Of a DNA stretch of 64,000 nt, positions 11,601 to 22,400 are shown piece by piece. Source of the stretch: Lingula anatina (lineage: Eukaryota > Animalia > Brachiopoda); assembly GCA_051362555.1 (NCBI GenBank), contig CM120643.1, positions 14,234,644 to 14,298,643 of the forward strand, written 5' to 3'. The translations under genes and the position numbers were made by a program. The notes beneath the pieces were generated by a model. The model was not told the origin of the DNA, did no database searches, and was given only the letters and a program-made list of their open reading frames with translations. Position 1 is the stretch's first letter, and each line of letters starts with the position of its first letter.

Positions 11601-12842
11601 CTGTCTTCTACTCGGACTTACCGCCAAAAAATGTTTGGTAAAAATCACTGCTGGATGCGACCTTTTCAACCTTTTTATGATTGATTTGCCGTTTCTGCTA
11701 CAGAACAAGACTGTGTCTAAACGTTGCTTAAGTGTTTTCCTCCGCTTTACTGAACAAGATTGATGTAAAATTGGTTGCAGTTTGCAAAAGAAGCAGTTAG
11801 ATTCATTTCTGCTCGCACAACCTACATGTACCCTCAAAAGCTCGGTCAATGATAATGAAAATAAATATTTGGTAAATTTTTATGCACTAATTAGTGTGTG
11901 AAGGATCTCCTTCGATGAATGTAGAGGGACCTTCTCTAAGTGAGAGTGGATAAAACAAAGTAAACTGATAGATGGTATCACCTCTTTCCAGGCGCCCAAT
12001 TATCTTACGTCGCGCTGGGTGACTGGGGCAAGCCGGGGTCCAGTCAGGAGTTCGTGGCCGCTACGTTGGGCAAATGGGCCCAGGACCACAGCTCCCAATT
12101 CACGCTGGCCCTGGGGGACAACTTCTACGAGATAGGCGTTTCCGGAGTAGACGATCCACAGTTTGAAAACACGTGGCGTAAAATCTACACCCATTCGGCC
12201 CTCCAGAAGACGTGGTACGTCATCGCTGGAAACCACGACCATCTGTTCGGGCGCGCCAAATACCAAACTATGTTTGCTGCGAAAGAACCAAGATGGTTCA
12301 TGCCGCGCCTGTATTACTCCTTTTACAAAAACGTGGGGACGAAGAAGGTCCATTTTATCATGATCGACACCGATCCTCTCCGCGGTGACGGAGACCGAAC
12401 CCAAATGGCTTGGTTCAGAGCCCAACTGGCGGCATCCCTCGGGGATTGGATAATCGTAGTGGGTCACCATCCCGTCTTTTCATCCGGCGACCACGGCAAG
12501 AGGAGCTCAACTCAATGGATGTACGACAACGTGCGCCCCCTGTTGGAACAATACAAGGTTGCCCTGTATATTTGCGGCCATGACCACGATTTGGAGCATC
12601 TTCACAAAAAGTCAGCGAGCAAGATCGTCGATTACGTCATCTCTGGGTCGGGATCGAAAACTCGCAACCAAAACCCTACTGCCCTCAGCGATGTGAAGAA
12701 GTGGAACGTTGAAAGCACGATGTTTAGTCGATTCAACGGATTTGTAGGGCTCGAAATGACGGAGAGTGCCGTGAAAGTGTCCTACATTGACCAGTATGGA
12801 CGTGAAATCTATTCGTTCATCAAGAATAATCCGAAAGTTTAA
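2214..12842 (+). CDS. Secreted WSC-domain (x4) / purple acid phosphatase (TRAP/ACP5-like) fusion protein, 13 coding exons, ~713 aa
   Basis: Exons with GT-AG ends and consistent phase: 2214-2292 (signal peptide MAVFHACAHALLMTVLWGHISEADAQ), 5085-5220, 5468-5616, 6044-6176, 6529-6680, 7394-7423, 7694-7829, 8068-8213, 9353-9373, 9596-9731, 10109-10260, 11386-11406, 11992-12842; total 2142 nt, open throughout. Four WSC repeats (Y.GCYKD...C..C..Y/F.YFG.Q.G..CRCG...C...C.G.....CGG.WRN.VY) are followed by the metallophosphoesterase motifs GDWG, GDNFY, GNHD, VVGHH and GHDH. Confidence 0.88.
2328..2642. mobile_element. MITE, composite of two related Harbinger-like elements
   Basis: Termini cattcccataac...tcgtactagc..gatcgatct / agatcgat..gctagtgcgata.ggttatgagaatg are shared with 28759-28966. 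The inner part (~2401-2550) matches the reverse complement of 23918-24130. Confidence 0.65.
3675..4064 (-). CDS. Small intronless multi-pass membrane protein (129 aa), nested antisense in an intron of the WSC-phosphatase gene
   Basis: Good Kozak context (atcaccATGa). Acidic N-terminus with EINPLL, Cys cluster, two long hydrophobic stretches (~aa36-73 and ~77-100) and a basic KKREARKK tail. It is a GC-richer island in an AT-rich intron. I do not recognise a family. Confidence 0.62.
   Translation of the reverse strand: MTRGASRTEIYLVDDDEESEINPLLEFCCEKLTGSCLLSCCVLGALGCVFVLASIAVPYAVNLFIVWVAFWFVHKGWTVFQLFLFAFILTIVEMMALLCFRIYSHVGKKREARKKGQRDEEALDGIPYT
4789..4859. repeat. Compound (AAT)n(AGT)n(AGC)n microsatellite
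   Basis: Seen directly. Confidence 0.9.
5085..10260 (+). CDS. Four tandem WSC carbohydrate-binding domains, each split over two exons (part of the 2214-12842 gene)
   Basis: WSC1 5085-5220+5468-5616; WSC2 6044-6176+6529-6680; WSC3 7694-7829+8068-8213; WSC4 9596-9731+10109-10260. The 8-Cys pattern is conserved, e.g. YVGCYKDSRPRDIP...RCFYFCRNFQYFGIQAGYQCRCG...ECDMTCPGDSKENCGGDWRNAVY. Confidence 0.9.
6755..6900. mobile_element. Short MITE with CWG target duplication (Harbinger-like)
   Basis: TIR ggcccgtatctcgaaagcatcgcg / cgcgatgctttcgagatacgggcc, flanked by ctg on both sides; a homologous copy lies at 24550-24693. Confidence 0.75.
8819..9119. mobile_element. Near-palindromic ~300-bp MITE with TTA/TAA flanks (Tourist/PIF-Harbinger-like)
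   Basis: ~130-bp inverted arms: gaggccattcagaa...tgctagctaggccacgacct...ttaatcctgtaatggt...cccacgcgtcgtcc / ggacgacgcgtggga...accattacaggattaa...aggtcgtggcctagctagca...ttctgaattgcctc. Confidence 0.85.
10669..10817. repeat. Minisatellite, 3 x ~49-50 bp
   Basis: Unit tctaaccaatagaaatcggtttcacaaaataat.tatg.ccaaaagtgc occurs three times. Confidence 0.85.
11992..12842 (+). CDS. Terminal exon: tartrate-resistant/purple acid phosphatase catalytic domain (ACP5-like)
   Basis: ORF 12054-12842 extends upstream in frame to the acceptor cctctttccag at 11991, adding GAQLSYVALGDWG. All five purple acid phosphatase ligand motifs are present: DWG, GDNFY (chromophoric Tyr), GNHD, VVGHH, GHDH. Confidence 0.93.
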
Positions 12843-13245
12843 ATGTCAAGCTGTTGGGCCTATGTAAATTGTTTTAGAGAAAAGAATCATAAAAAATCAA
12901 ACTTTTTTTGGCAGAAGTACATCGGGAAAATTTATAAAAGCAATTTACATAGATTTGTCCAAAATTGCGACAGATGGAAGCCATTCTCAACTTAAGCTCA
13001 CGCAATGCTTCGGAGAAGAGAGACATCTAACACAATAAAAACTATTTTTAAAAACTTGATTCAGAGTAACGCCTAGTGATGAAGCAGACATGGGGAAATT
13101 GCCTATCCGACAGGCCATGACCACTTGAAATGCCAGAGGACCTGCAATAATTTTGATATCGCAGGTCCTCTGGACTGGCAAAGTATATGTTACAATATTA
13201 TAGGCCTGCATAATAATGAATCACATGTAAACATACACTATCGGA

Positions 13246-13251
13246 AATAAA
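13246..13251 (+). promoter_or_regulatory. Possible polyadenylation signal of the WSC-phosphatase gene
   Basis: AATAAA ~400 nt after the stop codon, followed by GT-rich sequence. Confidence 0.35.
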
Positions 13252-13827
13252 AACACTTAGTTTAGACCAGCACAGAATTGTGATTTCTTGCTGTGTAGCT
13301 CCTCCGGATATTTTAATATCTTCATAGTTTCCCCATTTCCGATAAAGTAGACTAATATTCTATGATCTTGTTTTTAATTAAGAATACAAGTCAGTGCAAT
13401 ATAAAATAAAGCGGAGGTGTGCGCAATATGAGTTGATTTATTTTCTTTTTTAAATTTATTGTCGAAAGCAAATATTTGACACTGAAAAAACAACAACTGC
13501 AAAGTACATAGAAGACACTTACAATACACTTGCAACTGACGGTACATAATACAAAAAAAAAAAAAAAAAAAAAAAACACGAAAAAAATTAACAAAACACC
13601 TTCAAAACTGCATTATAAACTACTAGTATTAATCATTCAGACCATAATAATTTAAATTGAAGAACAATAAACCTTGTTTAAATTCCCGATAGAAGCCGAT
13701 TAAACATGAGATGATATTGATTACACAAGGGAAAGGGATGTGTATATTTTGATTACGGACGAGAGCATTATCCTTCCCTGTATGAAATACACGTGTATCC
13801 TTTGTTAAAGCGTATTTAAAGTACAAG

Positions 13828-13894
13828 TCTCTCTCTCTGTCTGTCTGTCTAGCTGTCTCTCTCTCTCTCTCTGTCTGTCTGTCTGTCTTTCTAG

Positions 13895-13936
<42 letters not shown>
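13828..13936. repeat. Compound (CT)n/(CTGT)n/(CA)n microsatellite
   Basis: Seen directly. Confidence 0.9.
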
Positions 13937-13938
<2 letters not shown>

Positions 13939-14950
13939 TAGGTGTAGGTGTGTTGACACCGTATTGACTAATTTGCCCCGCCCCTTTTTAATGCGTTTCC
14001 ATCCGTCCATTGGCTCTCACGAGTCTTTTATCGCGGCCATACTGAATTTTAATTAAAAAAAAAAAACTGCCCATTATGGTTGGATAGCCTAACAAAATCT
14101 GAAACACAGCAGTTAAAAATGATTAACAATGAATAAGTGTTTCTCATTATAAAGTGTCCAAAGGCATCGCGGATGACTGTACAGGTGCGCGTTACACACC
14201 AATCCAGGTATGTCATGCGCATATCAGTATGGCACCGATGCGTCAGTTGAGCACACGGGCACAATTTCAATAGCTCAAACGGTGTCCAGAGATTTAAATT
14301 TTACTCCAAATGTCTCATATTCAATAAAAAGTATACTCTTTCAAAATATATATTAACAGATAAATACATCACATATTCGAAAGTTATTTCATTCTCAGCA
14401 TCTAAAGTCCTAGTTAGATATAAATGAGGAAACAGCTATGCCAGCGGCGGAGGGAGTAGCGCCCACACAAGTAACAGCCTTAGATTAAATGCTTTTGCAA
14501 TGAGTAGACGGTTATTGTGTGTGTTTCAAACGTGGATAGGGAGGTGCATTGGCAGGGGGACAGCGAAGAACTGTTAACAGTCTTGTTACCCCATCTCTGT
14601 CTAATCAACAGCCTTAATTACAGGAGGAGAAAAAAGAAGAATCTACCTTTAATATATCAAGGTGCTGCGATCGTGATTTAAAGGTAACACCGTACACATA
14701 TCAACTGAGGAATTTAAAACTCGAGAGTCGGAAATTGGAGCAACAATTGGATTGACTCATTCCCAGTTCAGCGGAAGCGTTTCAGGTGTATGATTCCCTG
14801 CAATCTCGTGGAAGGTTTTAGGGATAAGAATTGTTAAGAACAGTGATTTCCTAAGTATGTACAACGCGTAAAAACCTGTTGTAGGGAAAATCAAAAACGT
14901 CCACCGGTCAAGAAATTGACAAGCTTGGATGACCTAATTTACCATCCAAC

Positions 14951-16172
14951 ATGGCGACGAGTATAAACATTTCGGCCAGGTTAGTCTTACTGGCCTTCTG
15001 CCTGTTTTCTGTACATTCCATGGTTGTGAAGCGGACTGTGGTTCCTAGCAACGTTCGTCCAGGATATATTGTGTCCACTGTCGGGAATATAGGACAGAGC
15101 TTTGGTTTGGAAAGCCCAGACAAAGAATTTGAAGACTATTTCCACATAACAAGCTCAGGGGAAGTGATCACTTTGGAGAAAGTGGAGAAATTTATCAACA
15201 GAGCTTTCTCTTTAGTAGTATCCAACAGCTTTGGCTCCAACTCATGGACAGAGCCTATTCATGTTGTTGTGCAAAATTATTCAGAAATTTTAGTCTTCCC
15301 CAAGGCGTCCTACATTGGCCATGTCGGTGAAAACCAGCCGGCTGGTGCTCTGGTGTCTGGATTAGATAGCTTACAAGCACATTTTAAAGGACAGGCCTTG
15401 GACAATATCAAGTATGCCATTGGATCTGGTAATGATCTTGGGAACTTCCAACTTGGAACCAAAAATGGAATTGCCCAGATCTTTACCACAGTGCCTCTCG
15501 ACTTCGAAGCCAAGGCGTTTTATGATCTCGTCATCAAAGCACAAGTAGATGGGGAATTAGAAACTGCAGAAACAAATGTTAGGATTAATGTTGACAATGA
15601 AAATGATCATGTACCAGAATTTACCCAAGAGAAGTATGCAGGAGTGGTTTCTGTTAATTCGCTTACAGGTAGCCCTGTGTTGTCTGTCCAAGCGCGGGAT
15701 CTTGATGAAGATGTTATCTCCTACTCGATGGATTATTCTGTCAACTTTCAAATGGATCCCAAAACAGGAGAGATTACTGTTAAAACCAACAAGAATCTTG
15801 ACCCCGTCCCATACTCCTATACTGTTTATGCTAGTGATGGCAAACATAGCACCTCTGCCTTTGTTAAAATACAAGTTAGGGGAGGTTCACTCAAATTCAA
15901 ACCTGAGGTACATCAGCGCAGCAAACGCGCTACAGAATTCACCACTTCTGCCGCTGAAACAGCCACTGGGCGGCTGTTCACTTTACAGTACACTGGTACC
16001 GTTCCAGATCCTCGTTTCTATCTCTCTGGCCCACCCGATATCTTGCCTCTTCTAAGCATTAATCCCACTACGGGGGACGTGTCACTGCAACCAGGTCAGA
16101 AACTGGATTATGATGAACCAACACAGAAATATATAGGCTTTACTGTGGCTGTCAACAGCTCATCTTCAGATG
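14951..16172 (+). CDS. CadN: Cadherin first coding exon (signal peptide, N-terminal EC repeats, RSKR furin site)
   Basis: The 413-aa ORF holds a signal peptide, LDFE and [10 protein letters not shown] motifs, and RSKR at 15917-15928. The donor G|gtgagt at 16172/16173 joins in phase to 34583. Confidence 0.92.
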
Positions 16173-16355
16173 GTGAGTTATTATTTGATTAAATAGTGTA
16201 TTATTTGTTGTGAATGTGCTTGAATGAGAGGGTGGTAATTTATAGAATGAAAATTATAGTCTGATGATTGGTTTAATTTTGATATGTATGAAAAATGCAA
16301 ATCTTTTAAAGATGGTCACTTCAATGTTTTATTGTTGTTATATTTATCATTATCA

Positions 16356-16414
<59 letters not shown>

Positions 16415-19400
16415 TAGTCTGAAAGGTCTGTCATATGCAGAAAAATAATTTTTAGCCAGGACAAGCTATTTTTCTTTTATGAAAATATGGGTAATATCCA
16501 CATTCCATAAAGAGTACAGGTGACAAGTGTTGACAGAATCTTTCTCTTAATATTAACGACAAAACCTGGACCTCTTGACACTTAAAAAATACTGACAATC
16601 TTAGACCACAGTGGAGTCTATCTCTCAAGGACCATTCTTAAATATCCCCCCTTCCTAGATCATCATAAACCTCCATAATATTTGACATTGTTTCAGATTC
16701 TTTGAAAAGAGGAAAATTGATATATTTACAGTACTATTGCACTTCATCTAATTCTCTGTTTGCAGGGATAGAAATGTCCATAAAAAATTGTGCTTTATCT
16801 TTATTTCATGGACAAATAAATATTTTTTATATTTTATCACTTCACCTGAGCATCCCATTTAAAAGGTTAACAGATAGCTTGTGAAATACATCCTTTAAAA
16901 CAAGTTTAAAGCAAACCAATTAGAGGTGAATCAAATGCAATTGGTCTGAACATTAAAAACTGCATTCTTTCATCAAACCATTACTGTAAAGCAAATCTAA
17001 TACTACAGCAATAAAATTGTCTATCAAGCTCTGTCAGGATTCATGATTAATCTGTTGAGCTGGGTATTTATTTCTATTAATCACCGCTTTTATGGAAGTG
17101 AACTATGAGTGAATGTGTTTGAAGGATGTAACCACAATTACCTCACAATATGCCACAATACAATTCAAAACAGTGATCTGAGGCTGAGAATTTTTTCCAG
17201 GCCAGTTTTTTCATTTATTTGATTTTATATGGCTGTTTTTTTTATGTAACAGTTTCAAAAGCAGAATGGTACCCCTCTCTCGTGCCAAATTAATTACCAT
17301 ATAGATTAAAACAACTGTGTGAAATATATCTACCCAACATGCCATAAATAAATGTTTTCACACTTGTAATGTCATCATCCAGTTTGGCAAGTTGATTCAA
17401 ATGCTAGTTATACAAGATTTCAATGGGTGTTGCAAAATAAATAAATAATAATAAAACTTGAATACTACTTTAAACAGTGAATATTTGCCAATGTTTTAAT
17501 TAGTGGCTATATTGATATTTTTGAGATGTAGGTGTGGCAAGGACAAGTTTTTAAAAAAATTATTTGAAAAAATAAATAAGGGAAAGGAACGTGAAATTAG
17601 ATTTGAAGTATTTTTGGGTAAAGTACTTAATACTGAAAATTGTATTTAGTTTGTTCCCCTTTGGTGGACAACCTCTATAGATCAGGGCCAGTAGCATCCC
17701 AGGCACTTGCTCCCTAGATGTTCCTCAAGGTCCTTGGTTTTGAATCAAAATTACTGCCTTATTTACTACGCCAAGCGTCAATTTGAGCCAGGACAGCATG
17801 CAGGTGACTTTCAATTGGGCAGAGATCCCCTGACATAAAAATATCTGACATCCGAGAACTTTCTCCTATTATTTCCTCCAGTGTGTAAAAAATCTGTTGT
17901 TAAGATGAAAGCCCTCATTTTTGAGATTCAGTGCTTCACTTCTGCTCTTCAGTAATTTTGAATACGGATTATTTTTCACGATCATTTACTGATGTTAGAG
18001 CATATAGATTTATATTCTATTTCTGACTGGTGTGTACATGCCGAGGAATGAAAGAATTTTAAGCTGATGGAAAATATTTTGTTTTATATTTTCTATTCTT
18101 AGAAAAATCTTCTGTATTAAATAAGTTTTAGCAAACAATTATTTTGGAACTTAAGGAAATATTCAAATTTAAAATATTTCTTCTGTAGACATGAATACCT
18201 TCAGGATTTGAAAATAATGCCATTTTGATACTGGACAAATAATTATAGTCATGTGTCTATACATTGTTTTATCCAAAAATGGCCATACATACAAATTAAG
18301 CTCCTAGACTAAAATCTTTCAGATGAACTGAAATAATGTATTAATAAACCTGGGCAAGTCATGTTTTATGACCCTTTCTGCAGTAAGTCTTCAACATTTA
18401 TTCTGTAATTTTCTTGAGCAATTTCATTATTTAGTTTATTTATTTAAAAGTCAAATGAACACATTTAGCAGTATCATTGATGAAGAGGCAAATATTCTGA
18501 AACTATTTCCATTTTCTTTATATAAGAAAATATTTCTGAAAAAAGATTTTAGCATTTCACAAAATTGTTCCCTGGCATTGTTTGGAATATATCCATTTTG
18601 CAGTTAGAGAAATCTAGCCACATGCATCAATTTGCCATGAAGGTCTCCCACTCTGATTGATGTTCTGATTAGGAACAATTCAGGAATCATTATCACCATG
18701 AACAACAGCAATCTTGCAGAAAAAAGACACCATTCTATTTCCTAGATGGCAAATTATTTATCCATTCTGCTAACTGCTAGCATGTTTTGAAATATTTGAT
18801 GCATGTTTGATGGTGTATTGTAATACAAGCTGATAAGTGGGCAACTTGGTGGAGTTTTTCTACTGCTGTAGCATGCAAAACAGGTTATAATATGGATTTG
18901 TGCTGCATTTGACTGTTTCAAACCATTTATTTTAGCGTTAAAGTATTTTTACTTGATACATTAAACAACGCCTTGAACCATGTGAAAGGGAAATGTATTT
19001 TCTATTCAGTTTCTCATAAAAGAAAGATGAATACTGATATACTGTGAAAAAGCCTGTTATTATGTCTTTTGCTTTGATCTAACTCCAGATCAAAGTGGAG
19101 CAGGCAGGTGTTTAGGAAATCTTTGTACGACAAGAGTTTATCATGCCGACACATCTTTACCATGCAACTTGATAAATGTCTGCAAATATATCGAATAAGC
19201 TGTTTGTTTTAACTTTTCTCTCAAATATCTTTATAATTTCAGTGGTAAATTTTGCTTTTATGGTATTTTTTTAACAAATTGATAATTGTTTTTATGATAT
19301 TTTTTAGCAATAATCGTATATTACAAAATGGCCCATATTTCAGGGGGAGTGAGAACATGCTTAATAGTATTTGTGACTGTGCTAAGATTGTGCCCCTGTT

Positions 19401-22400
19401 AGATGAGTCATTGAAATGGATTTTAAACAAACCTCCTTCTGTATGTCAATATACCTTTCTTACAATAGAAAGGGAAAATATTTGTGGCCTGTATCACAGA
19501 CGACATCTGATTAAGAGGGTTGTGTATTGTTATGTGTGAATGACAACTAAGGATACCTTTGTGGAATGGTTTATGATATAAAAAACCATGATGTTGAGGA
19601 TTAAAATGGATTGTGTCATTTTTCATGCTCAAAGTACTCGGCAATAAAGCCGTAGGAGGAAGGTATTCAAATGATGTGACTCTACGTGATGTTAATTCTT
19701 AATGTTTGGCCCAAGCCATTAAAAATGCATTTAAACCATAATGTCAGGTGAGGTATTTGGTGTTGTTAAAAAACAGAAAATTAAAACATTTTATCGGCAA
19801 TATTTTCAAAGATATCTCCACATTCCAACGGTTTTCGTTTGATTAATGTAGCACTCCCTTTCAGTTCCAAACGAAGCTGGCAAACTTCTTTTGTGAGTCC
19901 AACAAATGGGGCTGTTTGCTTAGAAAAGAGAGAAATCAATAAGTCTGACATGTCTTTCAAAGTATGGCCCCCAAACCTAATGTGGTGGCATTTATTTTCT
20001 GTTTGATCTGAGCTAAGTAAGTGCAGATACTTGGGTCAGGAGCCTTCTCCAGCACTAGTTTTATGTTGAACAAGATTGTTGTACAAGGGAACAATAAGGC
20101 AACAGATCTTTTGTTCCTTTTTGCATTCATCTCTCTCTCTCTCAAAAAAAAAAAAAAAAAAAAACGTTTACAGAGTAAATTAACATATTGGTAACGCATG
20201 GTCATCTCACCATTTTTTATCCAACCAAAACTTGATGATAAAAAGGTGATGTTCACTGACTTGATACACTTGTTTGTCATCTTCTAAATTTTCTGTTAAG
20301 TCAGGAAATACTTTTTTTAAAAAGGCCAGTCATTTTCAGTGTTTTTCATTCTGAGTGATTAAAAGAGCGATTCTATCATTCTCATAAGTGTCAAAAATGA
20401 TGAGTGTTTAAGTGGACCTCTTTGCATGTATTCATTGTACTACTTTCTGTCAGATTTAATCATTTCCCTGAACTTAAGTGCATTGGGCCAGACACAGCAG
20501 ACATTTCACATGAAAGGGGCCTTTAATCACTTTGCTTTTCTTCTTCTTTTTATTTTGTGCAGTGAAAACCATGAGGATGATCTAATTAAACCTTTTTTAG
20601 TGTAGTGAATGATGAAAATGATGAACTTGAGGCTTTCTTGTCGGAATAATGAAAATGTTCAAGTTGAGTTTTCATGGAGTCAGAACCCTGAAAAAGATCA
20701 AATTGAGTCACAGTGGCGTTGATCATGGCGTCTTTCTTACTTGTCGGGTTCATTACAGCATACCTATACATTAAAGGTAACATTAATGTCATGACTTTGT
20801 GAAAGACTCTCATTACCTGTGTTATCTGCACTTTTATCTTTATAGCACCAAGAAAGGAGAGATTGTGAATGTCTTTGTTAAGCAAATGTGTCTGGGTTTT
20901 TGAGGCATATCTGTGTATCTGAGGTCACAATCAATATGGTAAGAACGTCTGGATCTGAAGTTGGTAATAATAGAAGTAAAACAATCTGCTTTATTTGTCA
21001 TCGTCTTTATATAAATGTGAAATGCTTATATCCTAAGAAGGAAACTTGATGCAAAGGCAAGTGCTTTGTAAACAATCGATATTTGGAAATTGAAGAACCC
21101 GTCTTTGGAAGTAGCAGACCAAATGTAATGTCTATCAAGCCCCAACTGGTTAAGGACACGGCACTATTTGCCGCTTAAACAGACAAAATTGAATCAGCAC
21201 AAAACACTTGCCTGCAGCTACTGAGCTTGGCGATACCCATCTTTGTGTCTGCATGTGAAATCGGACTTCATGATATTACACATGTCTATTACATGAGCCT
21301 AATGATATTTTTCTCTTAGATAGCGGGTTGTGGGATTAGAGTTATTTGATGACATGCTTAGACAAACTACAAGTGATTGAAAATGCTGAACTTTTTTTAA
21401 ATGGAATATATTCTTAGGATAGAAATTCTACTTATTTCTAAATCACTTCACATTGGCCAGTAATTGGAAATAAATCATATTTTGTTTAAATTTATTTTCA
21501 AACTGACCATTGTCACCAACCAGGCTTGAATATATTTGCATATATTTTTAAATCACAACTTGATATGGGCAGGTTACTGAAAAGAATTTAAGAAATAAGA
21601 TAAATGTCAAATTACTGACTCCAGTATTACTATTTTACCTCAGCTCCTTTGTTTTTGAACATGTTTAATCATATATCATTTATGGGTCAAATTGTGGGTT
21701 GTACCAGTTAGAAAGTGTAACGGTATCATGAGAGAGAGAGAGAGAGAGAGCGAGTCTGAGTATTTTCCTGATCTCCAAGTCCAAAATCAATACTTGTTAT
21801 AGTTCTCCTACTGCAGATCACAAACCTGGTTATGCCCTAACCCAATATTTTGTTTCCCATGGGAAATTCATCCTAGTAAAATATTTTTCCTGCAAAGCAT
21901 CTTTGAATATTGACTGTCTTAATGAGTTATCAGAGTTGAGTAAGAAAATGAACTTTTGACAACCAAATAAAATTAACGTCATATCATGTCTTCTCTCAGA
22001 TGTGGTTTTATTGGATAAATATAATATATTTTATCAGTTTCTCTGATTTGATTATTTGGTCTTATTTATGCCTTTGAAAATTGTTGACCAAATGTATAAG
22101 GGAGATAGTGGATATGAAAGTTTAAGGGATTTAAAGTATTAGTTGATAAATATGAAATTTATTGGCATTTGAATAAAAAATAAGCAACTGTCCGAAGACA
22201 ATGACTGAAACTGTGAGTGTGTGGAGAGAGAGAGAAATGAAGGAGGGCAAAATTGTTTGTTGATATGAAATGTTTTATTTTTTGCTCCGTAACAAGAAGA
22301 GTAGCACAAGCTGTGAAGGCAGCCTGTTGTTAAAAATAATAAACAGTTTCTTGTACATATTTCCTACACGGTGTAATGTGGCAGGTTTTGTAGTTGGAAA

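Noticed and set aside
12000-12470. 156-aa minus-strand ORF
   Set aside because: It is the antisense shadow of the GC-rich phosphatase exon and has no motifs.
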